Below, piece after piece: positions 25,773 through 39,764 of a DNA stretch of 64,000 bases. The DNA is from Utricularia gibba (Eukaryota > Plantae > Magnoliophyta): positions 5,580,001-5,644,000 of the forward strand of contig NEEC01000002.1 of NCBI GenBank assembly GCA_002189035.1, read 5' to 3'. The notes under the pieces were generated by a model. That model made no database searches, was not told where the DNA came from, and worked only from the letters and a program-made list of their open reading frames with translations. Positions within the stretch are counted from its first letter, which is position 1. Each line of letters begins with the position of its first letter. The translations under genes and the position numbers were made by a program.

Positions 25773-26102
25773 ATTTCGTTCAAAGTAAGTGTTGAGTAAC
25801 CTATTTATAATTTTAAAAAATAATTGGGAAATTATAAATTGGTTTAATTTTGTTTTAATTTGTCAGGCCCAACCTATAATAAGAAAGCCCAATGGGACAC
25901 ACCAACGACGCCTTGCTTCAACATTCCTCAAGCTTAAAATTGTCGTGTAGTTCGTTCCGGTGTATGACAGATGATTGATTTTCTTGAAAAATTTCTTGTC
26001 TCTGGAAGCTCTCGTTGTGTTTAGTTTAGGGGATTGGGTTTCTACAAAAAAAAAAAAAAAAAAAGAATGACGCTGTTTTTGGTTCGGCGGTAAGTCTTCG
26101 AC

Positions 26103-29100
26103 ATGTCTGCGGTTCGCAGCTTAGTTGATTTATGCATCGCCGCGTTTGCGGATGAAGTTAATGGTGAGTATGACAGCATTTTGCGGATGAAGTTAATGGC
26201 GGTAAAAAACAATATGCTCTAAAAAGCAATCCGTATGATGAATCAAAAATTGGTTTTATGATTAGCGTAGTTCTTCACTTCTTCCTGAGCAGTAATGTCG
26301 CTGAGGGCATTTCATTCAGGAAACCTTGAGGGTTGTATTCTTCTCTCTGGTATTTATGGGCTCCCTCCTGAATTGCTTGATGGGGTGCTAATGTGCTTGA
26401 CTCCGTTGGCTTTGCAGAACCTGCAAGACAAGTGGTTAGAATTGCACTTCTTTTGCCTTATATGTGAAATGAATGACTTTCTCTTGTTGATTAGCTGGTT
26501 TTTGTCAAATGCTTACCCTGTTTGCGGATCGCGTGCTACCCAGTGATCTATCAGGTCTTTATTTCCTTTCGCAGGCCGTTTGAAGTGAGCAGAATCAGTG
26601 AAAGCGGAGATGATTACCATCAACAAAGTCGGAAACGTAAAAGGTTGAAAGAGAATTAAGTATGTTTTTGTGTGACAGATGGATAAGAACCCTGCCAAAA
26701 TGATGTTTTGAGTTTCTCAGAAACGAAGTATTCGATGCTGCATGGGATAGACTCTATGGGATCCGCTGGCCCCGTTGTTATGAAAAACCAGCGGATGTTG
26801 ATTGGCAGCAAATGTATTGGGAGAGACACTTGGATGAGTATTCTCCATAATTCTACCTTCCTCAAGTGAAATATCATGATAGCCTTGTTTGTATTTGAGA
26901 TTCACAAATTATTCTTGATTCTAGTTGTGTGGAAGCTGTAGCAGAAACAGCTTTGCTGCCTTCATTTAATGGTTCAATTGGAGAAATTGAGATTCCAGGT
27001 AAGATTTTCTCTTGTAACCCAACTGCTTCTTGTGAGCTTGCATTCAACCCTTAGTTTCCTTGTGACATGAGCCACTTACTCTGCTACTAGATATCTCCAC
27101 CCTGTCCTGTGCTTGATATTTGAGAAACAGTGGTGGAGTAATTATTGGACTTCCAGATGACACGGCCTGCACCACCTGATATGTATTTTACTTTGTGCAG
27201 ATTGTATATTACAGTCCATTGGATTTAACGATCATTTTGTGAAATCAACACCCAGCTGTCTTAAATTTTCTTATCATTGCATCCAGTTTCACAATTACAT
27301 AAGGTATTGAGGATGAATGGTATGCACAGAATTTTCTGAAAATCTACCAATTGCTTCTTATGTCATTGTTTCTTTTCATTCAAATGAGTGTACCAGATGC
27401 TATATTTTGTTCAACATAGTTGTCTTTGTTGCAGAAGTATGAAGCTCCCGACTCCTCTTTTTATTGCTGAAAAATGCGTGAGTTGATCTTTGAAATTTCC
27501 TATGATGTTTTTCTGGTTCTGTTTAAAATTCAAATAAACAGTGGAAGCGAACTGGGGGAACACCGAAAAAGGAATAAATGTTGATCCTGGGATTTCCCTA
27601 TCTGGGTTTTCAAATGTTCATAGGGTCCTGAGTCAAAAAAAAAATGCACATAAGGTGCTGGTAACAATTAAGAATACTGGAAAATAACTATAAACCATTG
27701 AATTCCTATTCCTAAATGTTTGCATTTTTTGTTTAAAGGATGGATTTTGTACTCTATATTTACTTGCTCTTGACCTGCTACCCTGCTGCAGGACTTGTTA
27801 CGGTGTAGTAGGCTGGTGAGCCTGGAGATCCAATGGATTAAATTGAATGACGATGTAAGGCATTTGCAATTGTTACTATTTTATTAATGGCCGTGTGAGA
27901 AACATCTTTAATTTTTCTTTCATATTAAGTGCACTCTCAACAGTATGATACAGGTTTTCCTTGTGTCATGCTCCATTGTCATTCCAACGAGACATTGTTT
28001 ATTTTATGAAAATCTGGATGCTTTAAGGTGTTAAACGTGGAGAATGATATCAATTTTTTTTTTTTTTTGTCTATCTGGTCGTATCTATGTAATTTTTCCT
28101 ATTAATTGTTTCAGGTTGGAGGACTATGTAAACTTTTGAATCAGAACTGCGAGACTATAAAATCAGTTTACTTTATCCACTGCAAGTTTTCTCCATCCTC
28201 GTTGGATGCGATTTGTGATTCACTTCACATGAAGGGTCTTGAGCAACATGGAGTTGAGCATTTCACTATTAAAAGATCAAGTTTATTTCAAAATGATTCA
28301 TCTCCCATGCCATCTGGCTTTGCCTCTTTTTTACATTTTGGGAAGTAGGTAAACGTGTAGATCAGATGCATTACAAAATATTTGAAGCTGTTTTTATATT
28401 TCTATCCTCACAATAATGTATATTTTCTGCAGGTATTTACTATCTTTAACCTTAAGTGATGCTCAACTGGGCAGGAATTTTGCAAGGGAAACTTTGAATT
28501 GTCTCTTGGGTGCTCCAACTAGTATTTCTTCTCTTGACCTTTCCGAAAATAATGTTAGTTTCTATTTGCTTTATTTGGCTGAATACGTCAATTGTGGCTC
28601 ATTTTGATTTGAGATATTATTTCAGATTTCTGGTTCTTTTTCACGCTTGATGTGGAGATTGTCTGGCTCAATGCTTGGGACGGGGAAGTTGCACCTGTCA
28701 TTGCGAGTGCTCAATCTAAGGTTTAAATTTTCCCATGTTTGTTTTTCTTACTATTTTTTTTTTCATGAGCTAAATTTTAGTGTCTGATCATCTTTTTTTG
28801 GGTATACTGCAGGGCTTGCAACTTAGTAAAAGATGATATATCCTGTCTGAAACATACTCTGCGTCATCTGCACAATTTGCAGAATCTCGATTTAAGCGAT
28901 AACTTCCTCGAAGATGGAATCAGGTCAGAAAGAATTCCTGCATAATAATGTGGCTTCATATTTTTCATTGTGTACGTAGTACATTATTATGGTTTCAGGG
29001 TAGTCTCAACGTTTTACAGATATTCTGCGTGTGAGACTTTTACACATAGATGCTTGATTTTTCAGGAGCCTCATCACCTACTTTTCTGAGATTACAAGCA

Positions 29101-29965
29101 GAGACGTGCCATTTTCTGACCTGAAGCTTGAGAACTGTGGCCTTCATTGCAAGGATGTGGCTGAACTTCTAGAAGTTTTTTCAAATATGAAGACGCCTCT
29201 TAATTTGCTCTCGCTCAAAGGCAACAGTCTTGGCAGGTATAACTGTATTACTTGGTAAAATATCCAGAGAGAACCTATAATTTCTGTACCGTTTCCAGTT
29301 TTTTCCTAATCTCCATGGATTTGGGTTTCCGTAGCCATTTTGGGTCGCCATTTGGAAAATTTTTGTGCACTGGCGTCTCCATTCTCGACGTTGGATATGT
29401 TGGCCTAGGTCCCTCTGGTTTTGTCGCTGCAGCCAATGAAATAACCAAAGAGTTGGGCATTGAACACATAGACATAAGGTCAGCTTTTTCTTATTGTGCC
29501 CCCCTGGTTTGCGACTACTTCCCTTTGACGTTCTTCTGCTACCTGTTACAGCAACAACGTTGGCAGGACTGAAGCAGCACGGTTTGTGTCCGTCATCCTT
29601 TCACGTGCTCGCAAAAAAGTTGCCGTCTATGCGCGATCCAACTCAATGCCTGCCGAAGCACTGTCAATCATCTCGCAAGGCTTCAAGGCTGCAAAAGGTG
29701 ACCGCCCCCCTAAAACCATGCATGTTTTGAGCTATGAATAGCAGCATGTTGGAAGAATGCCAATGCCCCAATGCCTGCCTTTGCTCCCTGGTTTGCAGGG
29801 AAGCTGAAGCATTTGGATCTGCGGGGAAATACCTTCTCGGGTGCAGGTTCCTGTATGGAAATGGAATCATTCCGAGCGGCATGTGAAATGCATTTGCGTC
29901 CGGAGTGCAGTGTCAGCATGTCGTCCTTGGATGAGGGAAGCGAGCCATGCGATTATGAGCCTTAG
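26103..29965 (+). CDS. RNI-like leucine-rich-repeat protein (At2g20210-like), multi-exon
   Basis: Starts MSAVRSLVDLCIAAF; GLPPELLDG..LALQNLQ; VDWQQMYWERHL; LRR motifs LDLSENN, LDLSDNFL, LKLENCGL and LDLRGN. Stop at 29965. Not every exon junction was verified. Confidence 0.85.
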
Positions 29966-30813
29966 CCGCTGCATAATGTGCAGGTGGAGCGCAGCCAATT
30001 GGCAGAGCTGATGCATCTTGGCCAGGCTGACGCGGTCCTGGTTTTTTGCTTTTACAGCAAAATAGATAACTGAATTGTAGTATGTTGTAGTTCTCCATCT
30101 CATGAATCATTCTTGCAAAAGGGAAAAAAAATCTCATAAATCATTTTAAAATTAATGGAAGTATTAAACATTTAAGGGATGTTTGGTAAAAAGTTTTGAT
30201 TTTGAAGTATATTTAATTTAATATAAGTATTTGATAATAAATTTTAAATTAAACAGTTTAAAATTAGTATAAGAAAAAATTAAAATCTTTTACACTGTTG
30301 TATTGAAAACAAAGTTAGTTTTTTTATATGTGTTTATTTAATACAACTAAATTCACTTATTTAATGTATTTTAAATTTAAATTCTTAAATTGTATTTTAT
30401 TTTAAGTCATATTACTAAAACTGAAACAAACTACCAAATCTACCCTCTATTAAGATGGATACTATCTCAAATTGTTGTGTCATTTAAGAACACACACAAT
30501 TATGATGCTTTTATTCATAGATTTTTACATGGTAAAAATTATTTTTATGTATACGGAGCATTTTCCATTTTTCTATTTTTAGAGTCACGCACATCTTCTC
30601 TCATTTTATTTTCCGCAATAAGTAATCACAAATGGAAAAAAGCAAGAGGAGGATATGAGCTACATTGTTTCGGCGCCTATTTCTCAAGTAATAGAGAATA
30701 AAAAATATCTAAAATATAAAAATATTGAAGATTTATGGTTGGTATCTCAAATTCCTTCATTTTGTCTGAAAATTTATATTAGATATTAAAAATTAGTTTT
30801 ATAAAAATGTTAA

Positions 30814-31208
30814 GGGTGTATTCTTTTTTTTAATTTTTGTTTCAAATTATGTAAAATAAAATCAGTTTTAAGATTTTATTAATAGATTCAATTTTCAAAC
30901 TATAAAACTATTTTTTAATATAACATAAAATTATATTGTAGATTTTCATATGTTAAATTGTATATTATAAAATTTGATAGATTAAATTATTGTATAGTTT
31001 AATGTGATAATATAAATGTCTTTTAGAAGTGTATTGAGAGTTGATAAAATAATTTATCTAATTAATCTCTTTTTGAATTATTGAAACAGAGATTTAACAA
31101 ATTCAATAATTTTTAAAGTAATCATAAATTTTGAATTTCTAATTTTATCATAAAAAAAGATAAAATTAAAATATATAAAAATTAAACATAATTACTTCGA
31201 ACACACTC
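30814..31208. mobile_element. Tourist-like MITE
   Basis: Ends GGGTGTATTC / GAACACACTC with a TAA target duplication on both sides and an AT-rich interior. Confidence 0.6.
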
Positions 31209-32081
31209 TAAACACTCGAGTATAGATGTGAATCTTTACCACTTTGGAACTATTTGGTTGTTTCTAAAAATAATTACAAAAAAGTGATTATGTAGAAGTT
31301 TTTTTTGGAATAGTTTATGTTTTGTCCACCAACTCTAAACCGGTAGAATCAAAAAGTATTTGTGGTGAAGTATATTACTATTGTGACCTCATTAATTATG
31401 CAATTAATGATTTTTTTCCAATTAAAATTGAATAAATGTAGTAAATGAGGCAAATCTTAGTTAGATTTATTTGGCTTGAATGGGAGCAGTAGGTAGAGGC
31501 CAAATTTTGAGTAATCACACCTAGTTTTCGTGTTATATTTAAGCAGGAATGGAGAAATTAAAATATTACTTGTTGTATTTTTGGAGTTGCATCTTGAGCC
31601 CTAAGATGGAGTGAGAGAAATATAATTTATTGAAATTTAAAAGAGAATGAACGTAAAATAGATCAAATATATTTTAGAAGTATGTCATTTTTTATTAGAA
31701 TAAGAGTATTTCAACTTTTTAATAAAACTAAATTACTTTAATATTTCAATTTTATATGTAGTAGAATCAGTATGTGTTTTGTCTAAGAATCATTTCTAAA
31801 AAGAATTTGATTGAATTAGAGCTATAACAAATACACACTTAGTCCTTGATTGCACACAAACTCATTTCTTAGTTTCAGGCCTCTTTTTATTGTCACACTG
31901 TTTCACACAAGATCCAAACTCGGCACTATTTGAGATTTATGAGTGCCATGATTAGTAAGCACAATAGTTATCCAACATATGACAAATAGAAGCACGACGA
32001 AGAAGCCCCATCGACACGACAATAGCACAAAACTTACCATTCCTTCCCACCCCACGTCCATACTGAACCGTAAGAATCCCC

Positions 32082-32579
32082 TCACGGGGATGGCGTTGGA
32101 AGAGCACCATTGTCGCCGCCGAAGCTGGCGCCATTAGAGAAGCCTCCGGCCGTCGGGAATCCACTGTTCTCAACCGTGGCTCCGTTGGGAAGAGCACCAT
32201 TGTCGCCGCCGAAGCTGGCGCCATTCGAAAACCCTCCGGTCGTCGGAAATCCACCGTTCTCAACCGTGACGCCGTTGGGAAGGTTACCAACGGTTGTAAA
32301 ATGGCCCGGAATCCTACCATAACCTGAATAGGCACCATTAGGCCCGGTCCCGGCGTAGGCCACGGCGCCGTTGAAGTTCCCACCATTCATGGATCCCAAA
32401 CCCGCTCCCACTCCGCCGAACGGCATCCCGTTGTTGCCGAAGCCGCTCATCGCCCCCAGACCTCCCACGTACATAGAACTCTTCTCATCAGCCAAATATC
32501 CAGGGAAAACCCTAGCGGCTTCCATGCAAGCTGCTGCATGAACCACAACAAGAAACAAGAGAACAAACCACTTAGCCAT
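32082..32579 (-). CDS. Secreted glycine-rich (cell-wall-type) protein, intronless, 165 aa
   Basis: MAKWFVLLFLVVVHAAACMEAAR signal peptide; DEKS..GGLGAMSGFGNNGMPFGGVG core of small plant Gly-rich proteins. The second Met of ORF 32082-32663 is the likely start. Confidence 0.85.
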   Translation of the reverse strand: MAKWFVLLFLVVVHAAACMEAARVFPGYLADEKSSMYVGGLGAMSGFGNNGMPFGGVGAGLGSMNGGNFNGAVAYAGTGPNGAYSGYGRIPGHFTTVGNLPNGVTVENGGFPTTGGFSNGASFGGDNGALPNGATVENSGFPTAGGFSNGASFGGDNGALPTPSP

Positions 32580-33301
32580 TTTTGCGAGGATAACAATGAG
32601 TTTACTGAGGCACAATTTATAGATCCTGAAAAAACAGAGGAGCGGTTGCAGAAGTAAATACATGGAGCGAAAGTTTAATGCTATACTCCATTATTTTGGG
32701 CTCCAAGGTGCTGCACCAATCCAGCCATATTCACAAAAAAAAAAAAAAAAAAACCCTACTATGCTAAGTGTTTAATACCAATGTCTTAAACCACAAAAAA
32801 AAAAAACAATAAACTAATTGTACAAGTGATTCAAATCGTGATCGAACAATTCGTTTTTTAAAACTATAATTGAATCATGATTGAATTACAATTACGCTGT
32901 AGTTTATTGAATCCATGTAACACATTTAAAAGTTGCTTTAAAAGTCACTTGGATGTGTATCGAATCCAGATATATTTTGATTAAATAGAGAAGGAATCTA
33001 AGGGATGGTCACCTAGGCCATGAATGGGGAATCAATAATACACTTGCCATCATAAGATTCTTGTCCATCATCTAGAATCTCAGAGTGCCATATTATGATA
33101 CATGCGACAGAATCATTTACCAATCAAGCACTCTAAAGCATCCCATCCCAAGCCCAGTAGACTCACAAATACACATGCTACAGGTGCTACCATAGAATAG
33201 GATAGGATAATCCCTGTGCATTATTAATCTGAAAGGGATTATTGACAGGGCCTAGAAATACTATGAAATCTGATATAGGTTTGTAGTTACATATATATTT
33301 A

Positions 33302-33716
33302 GGGTTTGTTTGATTGTGTTACTTTAAAAGTATATTTTAAGAATTGTTTCTAATAAAATAAAAGATGAGGGTCTGTAATTTTATAAAAATAAATGCTGTT
33401 AATGATCATTTATGATGTTTTTGGTATTTTATTTAGTTAGGTTATTGGTTTAGGAGTTTCATGTTTGTTAATGTCATTAAATTAAAAAAAAAAGACAGAT
33501 GATTTTAAATAAAGGAGAGAGTTCTAATTATTTTTTGAAAAAATCATTATATATATATTTATATTTATATTTATTTATTTATTTATTCTATTTCTTGTAG
33601 AAGCATTTTTCATAAATTCTGTTTTAAAAATTTATTGTAATTGAAGGATAAAGCTGTCTTTTAATAAATTATTATAGCTTTTATACCAAAACATATAATT
33701 ATTTGCCAAACAACCT
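33302..33716. mobile_element. Tourist-like MITE (degenerate)
   Basis: GGGTTTGTTTG at the left end preceded by TTA, CCAAACAACCT at the right end, AT-rich interior. Confidence 0.45.
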
Positions 33717-34309
33717 TCAATATATCCACCTTTAGTTATACTAACTACCAACATGCACTTCATCTTAAGTAGTCAAAAGTTTTAGATGTAATTAATGTTC
33801 AAAGAGGTGTAAAAGCACACAAAAAGCCTTGGTTCAGATTTTTACTATGTAAATTGTTGGATGAAAGTGCTTTTCTTACATCCAAAGAGGTCTATGAAAA
33901 TGAATAACAATTTGAAAAGAAAATATAGATGTTGTCAGTGTGCATATAGATGAGGTGACTTATGTTGAAGAAAGAGGATGGAAAACAGGGTAAAAATTTC
34001 AAAGTTTTATTTGATATGTAGTACATGCTGTTAAAAATAAAGGAAAGATATGCGAATTGAATAAAGATTGAAAAATAATTTTTAATAATCAAACTTCATG
34101 CATTCAAACAGATTTATTAAACTTATACCAGAGTAGATGATTATTATCTTGTTCCTAAAACTACTATAAGATAGTTACAATTCCTAAAAAAACTAATTTT
34201 ATTCCAGAATATTTATAATATCCATATTTTCGTAACTTTTAATAATTTGAAATTTGCTCCATGTTTTAGTGTATTCATGTTTATCATCCAATAATTCCCT
34301 TAAATGAAA

Positions 34310-34960
34310 ATTCCTTATTCAAACCAAGCAAGATCTCTAATGAAATTAATTCTCCAATCTTGAGTAGTTTGGTGAAAATGTCTGCAATCTAAACTTCACT
34401 CTTGATATAGCAAAGTTTTATCTTCATTTCTTTCATATAATCCCTGATAAAATGAAATCAAGTCATAATAGGATTAGCATCAAACATAGGATTGTGTACA
34501 AGTTCAATAGCTTACTTGTTGTCAATATGAATCTTAGTGGGTAGGGCAAGTCACATCTAAATCCTAAATTCTACATCACATAAAGTAGCCAAATGATATG
34601 TCATACGTATGTATTTGCAGCCACATAATCAACATAAAATGTTAATAAAGTGATAATTATGTGTTTTTTTGAATTCTACACTATGACAATATCATTAAGG
34701 AAAAGCATAAATATACTTGTCTTTTTTGAGTTATTCATATTTAGAGTCTTGTCTATATTATTGTATCATTAAAGTTTCAATTTATTTATTGCACTATACC
34801 ACATTCCTAAGTCACTTGTTCCTTTCAAATATTTAAGGATTCCTTTAATTGCTTTAAGATGTATTTTTCATGACTCTTCAATAAATTTACAAACCAATGC
34901 TACAAAGAATAGGATATCAGCATGCAACTTAAGCTTTCATATTCAAACTCCATGCTTCTT
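34310..34960 (-). mobile_element. Ty1/Copia RT-RNaseH remnant
   Basis: The minus strand gives IHIDNK*AIELVHNPMF, HFIRDYMKEMKIKLCYIKSEV*IADIFTKLL (Copia RNase H motifs), heavily decayed. Confidence 0.8.
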
Positions 34961-35879
34961 GTGACTAGGAAATCATCTACATGATGCATACGATTAACAT
35001 ATTATCTTGATCTTTTTTCTTAAATATAAATACAATGTTTATATTCAATTTAGAGTTCACCTTGATGTAAATTATATAATAAAAAGTATGGTGTGGATTA
35101 TTGACCCTCACTATTCAGAATAAGTGGTTGCTTTCTTTAGGAATAATTATCATGATCATCATTCTTTATCTTATGTTAATAATTTAAAATTAATAAAGTA
35201 TATAGAATCATATAAAGTTTTTCGAGCCAAACTTGAAAATTCATTAAATATAACATCTTTGGTCAAATGAACCCTTTTTTGTTTTTGGATTAATAATTTG
35301 TAATTCATCAAATTTTAATCATATTGTAGGCTTTATCATCTAACATATCTGATTCATCATCAAATAAATAATAGATCCAAAAATTCACATATGTCAAAAA
35401 GAAATTTTCATCTCTAATATATATATATATACACTAGTATTATATAGTCATGTGTGCAACACTTGTATTAAGAATATATATCATAAGAATTCTTTTGGCA
35501 TTTGATTAGTTTTCCTGAGGCATTTAATCATATTAAAAATAATTTGATTTCTTCTTTTCATAATACTATTTTTATGAAGCATTTTTGGTTGCAATGAGAG
35601 ATTTTTGTATACCAACCTCTTTCAAAAATCAATGAATCAAATAGGGATGAACTCTTTTTCTTTGAATATTCTTAAACACTTAATGGATAAATCATAGCAT
35701 TAAATTTGTTGAAAAAACAACTAAAGACTTTCAATTTCATTAGATAATTAAACATTTTCAATTTTACTCTTCTTCATTTTCGAATTTCTAAGCATAGTGA
35801 ACCTTTTTATAACACATGTATCCACCTTTTTATAAACTTAGAATTTGCAAAGAAAATGTAAATAAGAGATATAAATAAT

Positions 35880-38670
35880 TTTGTTGAATTTGATATTGGC
35901 ATTGAATCAAAAAATGAAGATGGAAGTGTACAATCAAATCATATCTACTTTTCAAAACTATTTGAAAGTTCTAAAGAAAAAGTTAATAGTGAGAAGTTTA
36001 TTGATAAAAATGATATATTATATAATACTAATGAGCCATTTGATGGTGGTAGTGATGAGGTTGATTATAATTTTGATGTTAATATGGAGTCAATGTTTAC
36101 AAATTTTTCAGTAGAATCTATTCAATTTACTTACTATAGTGATACACGTGGAGAGACTCTTAAAGAAATAGTTTAGAGATAAGGAATAAATGAAGATAGT
36201 TTTATCCTTCTATATAATTAAAAGTTTGAAGCGTTCTTTCAAGGTGTACAAATCAAGTAATTCTCAATATGAAATTCCTTGTTTGCATGGAGAAACTATT
36301 GTGAAATGCATGTGACGTGTCAGAGTTATCTTCAATAACGTGACATCAGTTTGGCTAGTTTCACAGTATGATGGACCTTATACATGTTTCACTAATAGTT
36401 CCTGATTTACTCATTATGCGAATGTGCGAACAAATGTCATTGTAGCAGCAAATATTATGAATCCTAATATTTTCTATTTCTTGATGTAATCACATTGATG
36501 AAAAATCAACTTAAAACTAAACCAATATATAAGAGAGCATGGCTTGGAATCAAGCGTGGTATTCGAGATTTATATGGCATATGGGAAACCTCAATGCTTA
36601 ACTTGCCAACATATCTAAAAGCTACGTAAGATGCTATAACATGTATTTCATATTATTGTTATTCTATATGTTTGAATAAATATTTAATATGTTAATTTTC
36701 ATTTATTTTAGATACTATTGTTAAATATGGTCATTTTCATATTGATTTGGGTGAAGCTATGTTGCATCATGTATTCTTGGCGTTTGGACCTTGCATATGT
36801 GCTTATAAATATTGATGACCGATTATCTCTATTAATGTTACACATTTGTACTCACAATATCGAGACAAGTTACTTATTATGGTAACTCTTGATTGTGATA
36901 GAGTTATTGTTCCTTTAGCATTTGAAATTATTGAGAAAGAATTATTTGAGTATTGGCATTGGTTATTGAGCAACTTAGTGGATCATGTTATCAAGTTTGA
37001 TTTTCATACTACATGTATTATTTCTGATCGAAATGCATGGATACATAAGGAAGGCAATAACTTTCTAGCTTCTCAAAGGCCACAAGGAGCTCATCGGTAT
37101 TGCTTAAAACATTTGTGTGGGAACTTGAGAGTTATGTTTGAATCAGAAACTCTTCATAATTTATTTTAGAATGCTGCAATGACATCCAAAAAATCAAAAT
37201 TTCAGATTTTTATGAATAAGATAAAAGAGAAAAATAAGGATGTTTATGAGTATCTTGTTACAATTTCTAAAAAACGATGGACCTTTACATATGATGATGT
37301 TTATAGGTAATCTATAATTTACTTTTATTATATTAAATCTTGTTACCTTTAATTAGCAATTTTGAATTAAATTGCAGATGTGGGTTTATTAGTACTAGTA
37401 TTTCAGAATTGATGAATAGTTTATTGAGAGAAACACGAAAACTTCCCATCACAATATTAATTGAAGCTATATTTGAACAATGTGTAAAGTTTTTTTTTTT
37501 TTTTTGAAAATCACAAGAAAGTAAATGTGTTAATCGAAAAGGGTGAATGTTTGTCCAAATATGCTATTTCAACCTATAGAAAAAAGTATGAGAAATCCAA
37601 TGAATTCAAAGTTATTGAATATGACAATATCAAGCAAACAACTATAATGAATCCAAAACATCGTTTTTATAGGGATACCACAAACTACACCATATATTTG
37701 AAGGAGAGCAAGTGTTCATGTAGAAAGTAGAAACAACTTGATATACCTTGTTAACATGCTATTCAGATTTTTTTAATCATTTTTTTTCTGAAAATTATGA
37801 GTATAACTTCTTTTTTCTTTTTGCAGGTTTTCAAAGCATTTGAAATGGATGCACGTACTTTTATTTCATAATACTATGAAATTAAAATACTTGCAAAGTT
37901 GTGAACAAAGTAATTTAGCTCCCATTTACCTTCAATTGAAAGAGTACATGCACCATTTCATTTGATATATAATTCAGAAACACATGTGACAAAAACATGT
38001 GTAGCCCATGACAAAATAACTCCATTTCCAAATTGTATGAGTGGACGTTAATATCATAGAAGAGTAAAGAAGTAGAGCAAGTTTTATTCTCCAGTACATA
38101 GTGGTCGTCCTAGTGCGCAATCGATTTATTAGAGTCCCTAGTGAAAGTATTCATTCCATAGATACTTTTCACTCTTATATTAACTCTTTGTCAATAGGTT
38201 TTAGAGTTGGGATCATCGTTTACTTTGTGGTGACTGGATTATCCATGGGTGCATCGTCCAACACCTGTTAGATCAAAGTCCTCATTGCAGCCCTCTGTTT
38301 ACACCAACTGTTCAAAGGGATAGGTCTGGATGTATGCATCCTTGAGATAATAATAAAACAAAAAACTTAAAATTCATCTTTCTCTTTTTTTTGGGGGTAG
38401 ATCAAGTAGCAATCAAAATCAAGAATCCTATTTTATTTTGGAATTTATTAGAACTCTTCAAACTATCATTTATACTTTTTTTGAGAATTTTTCAGGGCAC
38501 GTCAAATAAGTGAGATAAACAAATAGTATTATTTTATTAATATATAAAATGATAAATTATAAATGCATTATTTTAATAATTAAAATGATTGAGGTGTACA
38601 ATATCACAAATATGATTAGTAAGATGGTGAATGAATTTTGGAAATATGAATATTTGTGTAAAATTACCCA
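35880..38670 (+). mobile_element. Second MULE: decayed MuDR transposase and probable right TIR
   Basis: VSQYDGPYTC; YKRAWLG; VFLAFGPCI..ISINVTHLYSQYRDKLL..CIISDRN..HRYCLKHLCGN; SWIM KCSCRK..DIPC*HAI. Ends GTAAAATTACCC at ~38670, a MULE-type terminus. Confidence 0.8.
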
Positions 38671-38849
38671 GCTTAGCCTCAACACCACACGCCGTGAAGC
38701 CTCCCTCGGAGCCTCAGCACCCCTGCCAGCCTTTAGGAACGCTCTTCACCCACTTACCAAGTAGCCGTGACGCCCGGCATCACTCTCCCTCACATCCTGC
38801 ACACACCCACCTGCCACGCCCTTGCCCAGATCACCTACACCCACCCTAC

Positions 38850-39764
38850 ACACACATACGGACTCTGCGCGCACCCAACCCATGATCTCCTTCGGACGAG
38901 ATTTCGAGGCTAACCTCCTTGAAGTTTTTGAGGCTGATGCCCAGAGATGGTCTCTCCAAGACTAGTGCAAGATGTGTTGGCTGCCCAATCTTCTGCACAC
39001 ACTCACTAAAGATTATAACATAAGATCTCCGTGAGACTCTGCAGCTTGATAAGTCACTACTGATAAGCGTATAATCAGTGTAGCTTGAGCGTCTGGTTTC
39101 GAAACAAAGTAAAGTTAAACACAAAACACCAGAATTAATCACGTAAAACCCAATGTGGAAAACCTCCTGGTGGGATCAATTCACTATGCTTTGGTTACAC
39201 CATACAAAGGCAACAGTTTTACAAAACACGCAGACACAGTTGGAACCCAATTCCTCCCACCCCTGAACTCACTCTGCATCACCCCAAACAGACAGAGTTA
39301 TTACAACTAAAAACCAATGCATGCACCTCCCACTTTCTCCAGCGCCCACGTGGCATAACTGCTCCATTTCCACAACGTGGGAGGCACCACTCTTCACACT
39401 TCTAGCCTGAGCATGAAAACGCCATTGCGTTTTATTCCACAAGATGTGGGGGTGCTGAGGGGTTAACCTCCCAGGGGTTACCCGCAAGGGTTGCCTGCAC
39501 ACGCATGCAACCACCTAAACCCGTAGCAAACCTATTCTCAATGCTAAAATAAAATTCATGATCCCCTTGCCTTTCGATAACCTCCGTGACTCTGACCCAA
39601 CTGCCTCGGTTGCTTTTCGCCACGCTCCTTCGGCTTCCCCGGCCTCTCTGTGATTCCGTGCCTTTTACTTCATCCACCGACACCATCACCTAGTCTTCAT
39701 TAAATATGCGTTTTCGCTTGCTATGGAACCCTTTTTGTTCATCAATGAATAGGTGTAGTGCAAC
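38850..39764 (-). mobile_element. LTR-retrotransposon-derived fragment
   Basis: GC-richer block ending GTGCAACA at 39764 (TGTTG on minus). TCACGTAAAACCCAATGTGGAAAACCTCC resembles the reverse of a Copia U5 region. No TSD or PBS found. Confidence 0.4.

Noticed and set aside
35433-35470. Helitron-like 3' end (short hairpin plus CTAGT) on the minus strand
   Set aside because: The hairpin is only 4 bp and there is no matching 5' TC end or RepHel sequence.
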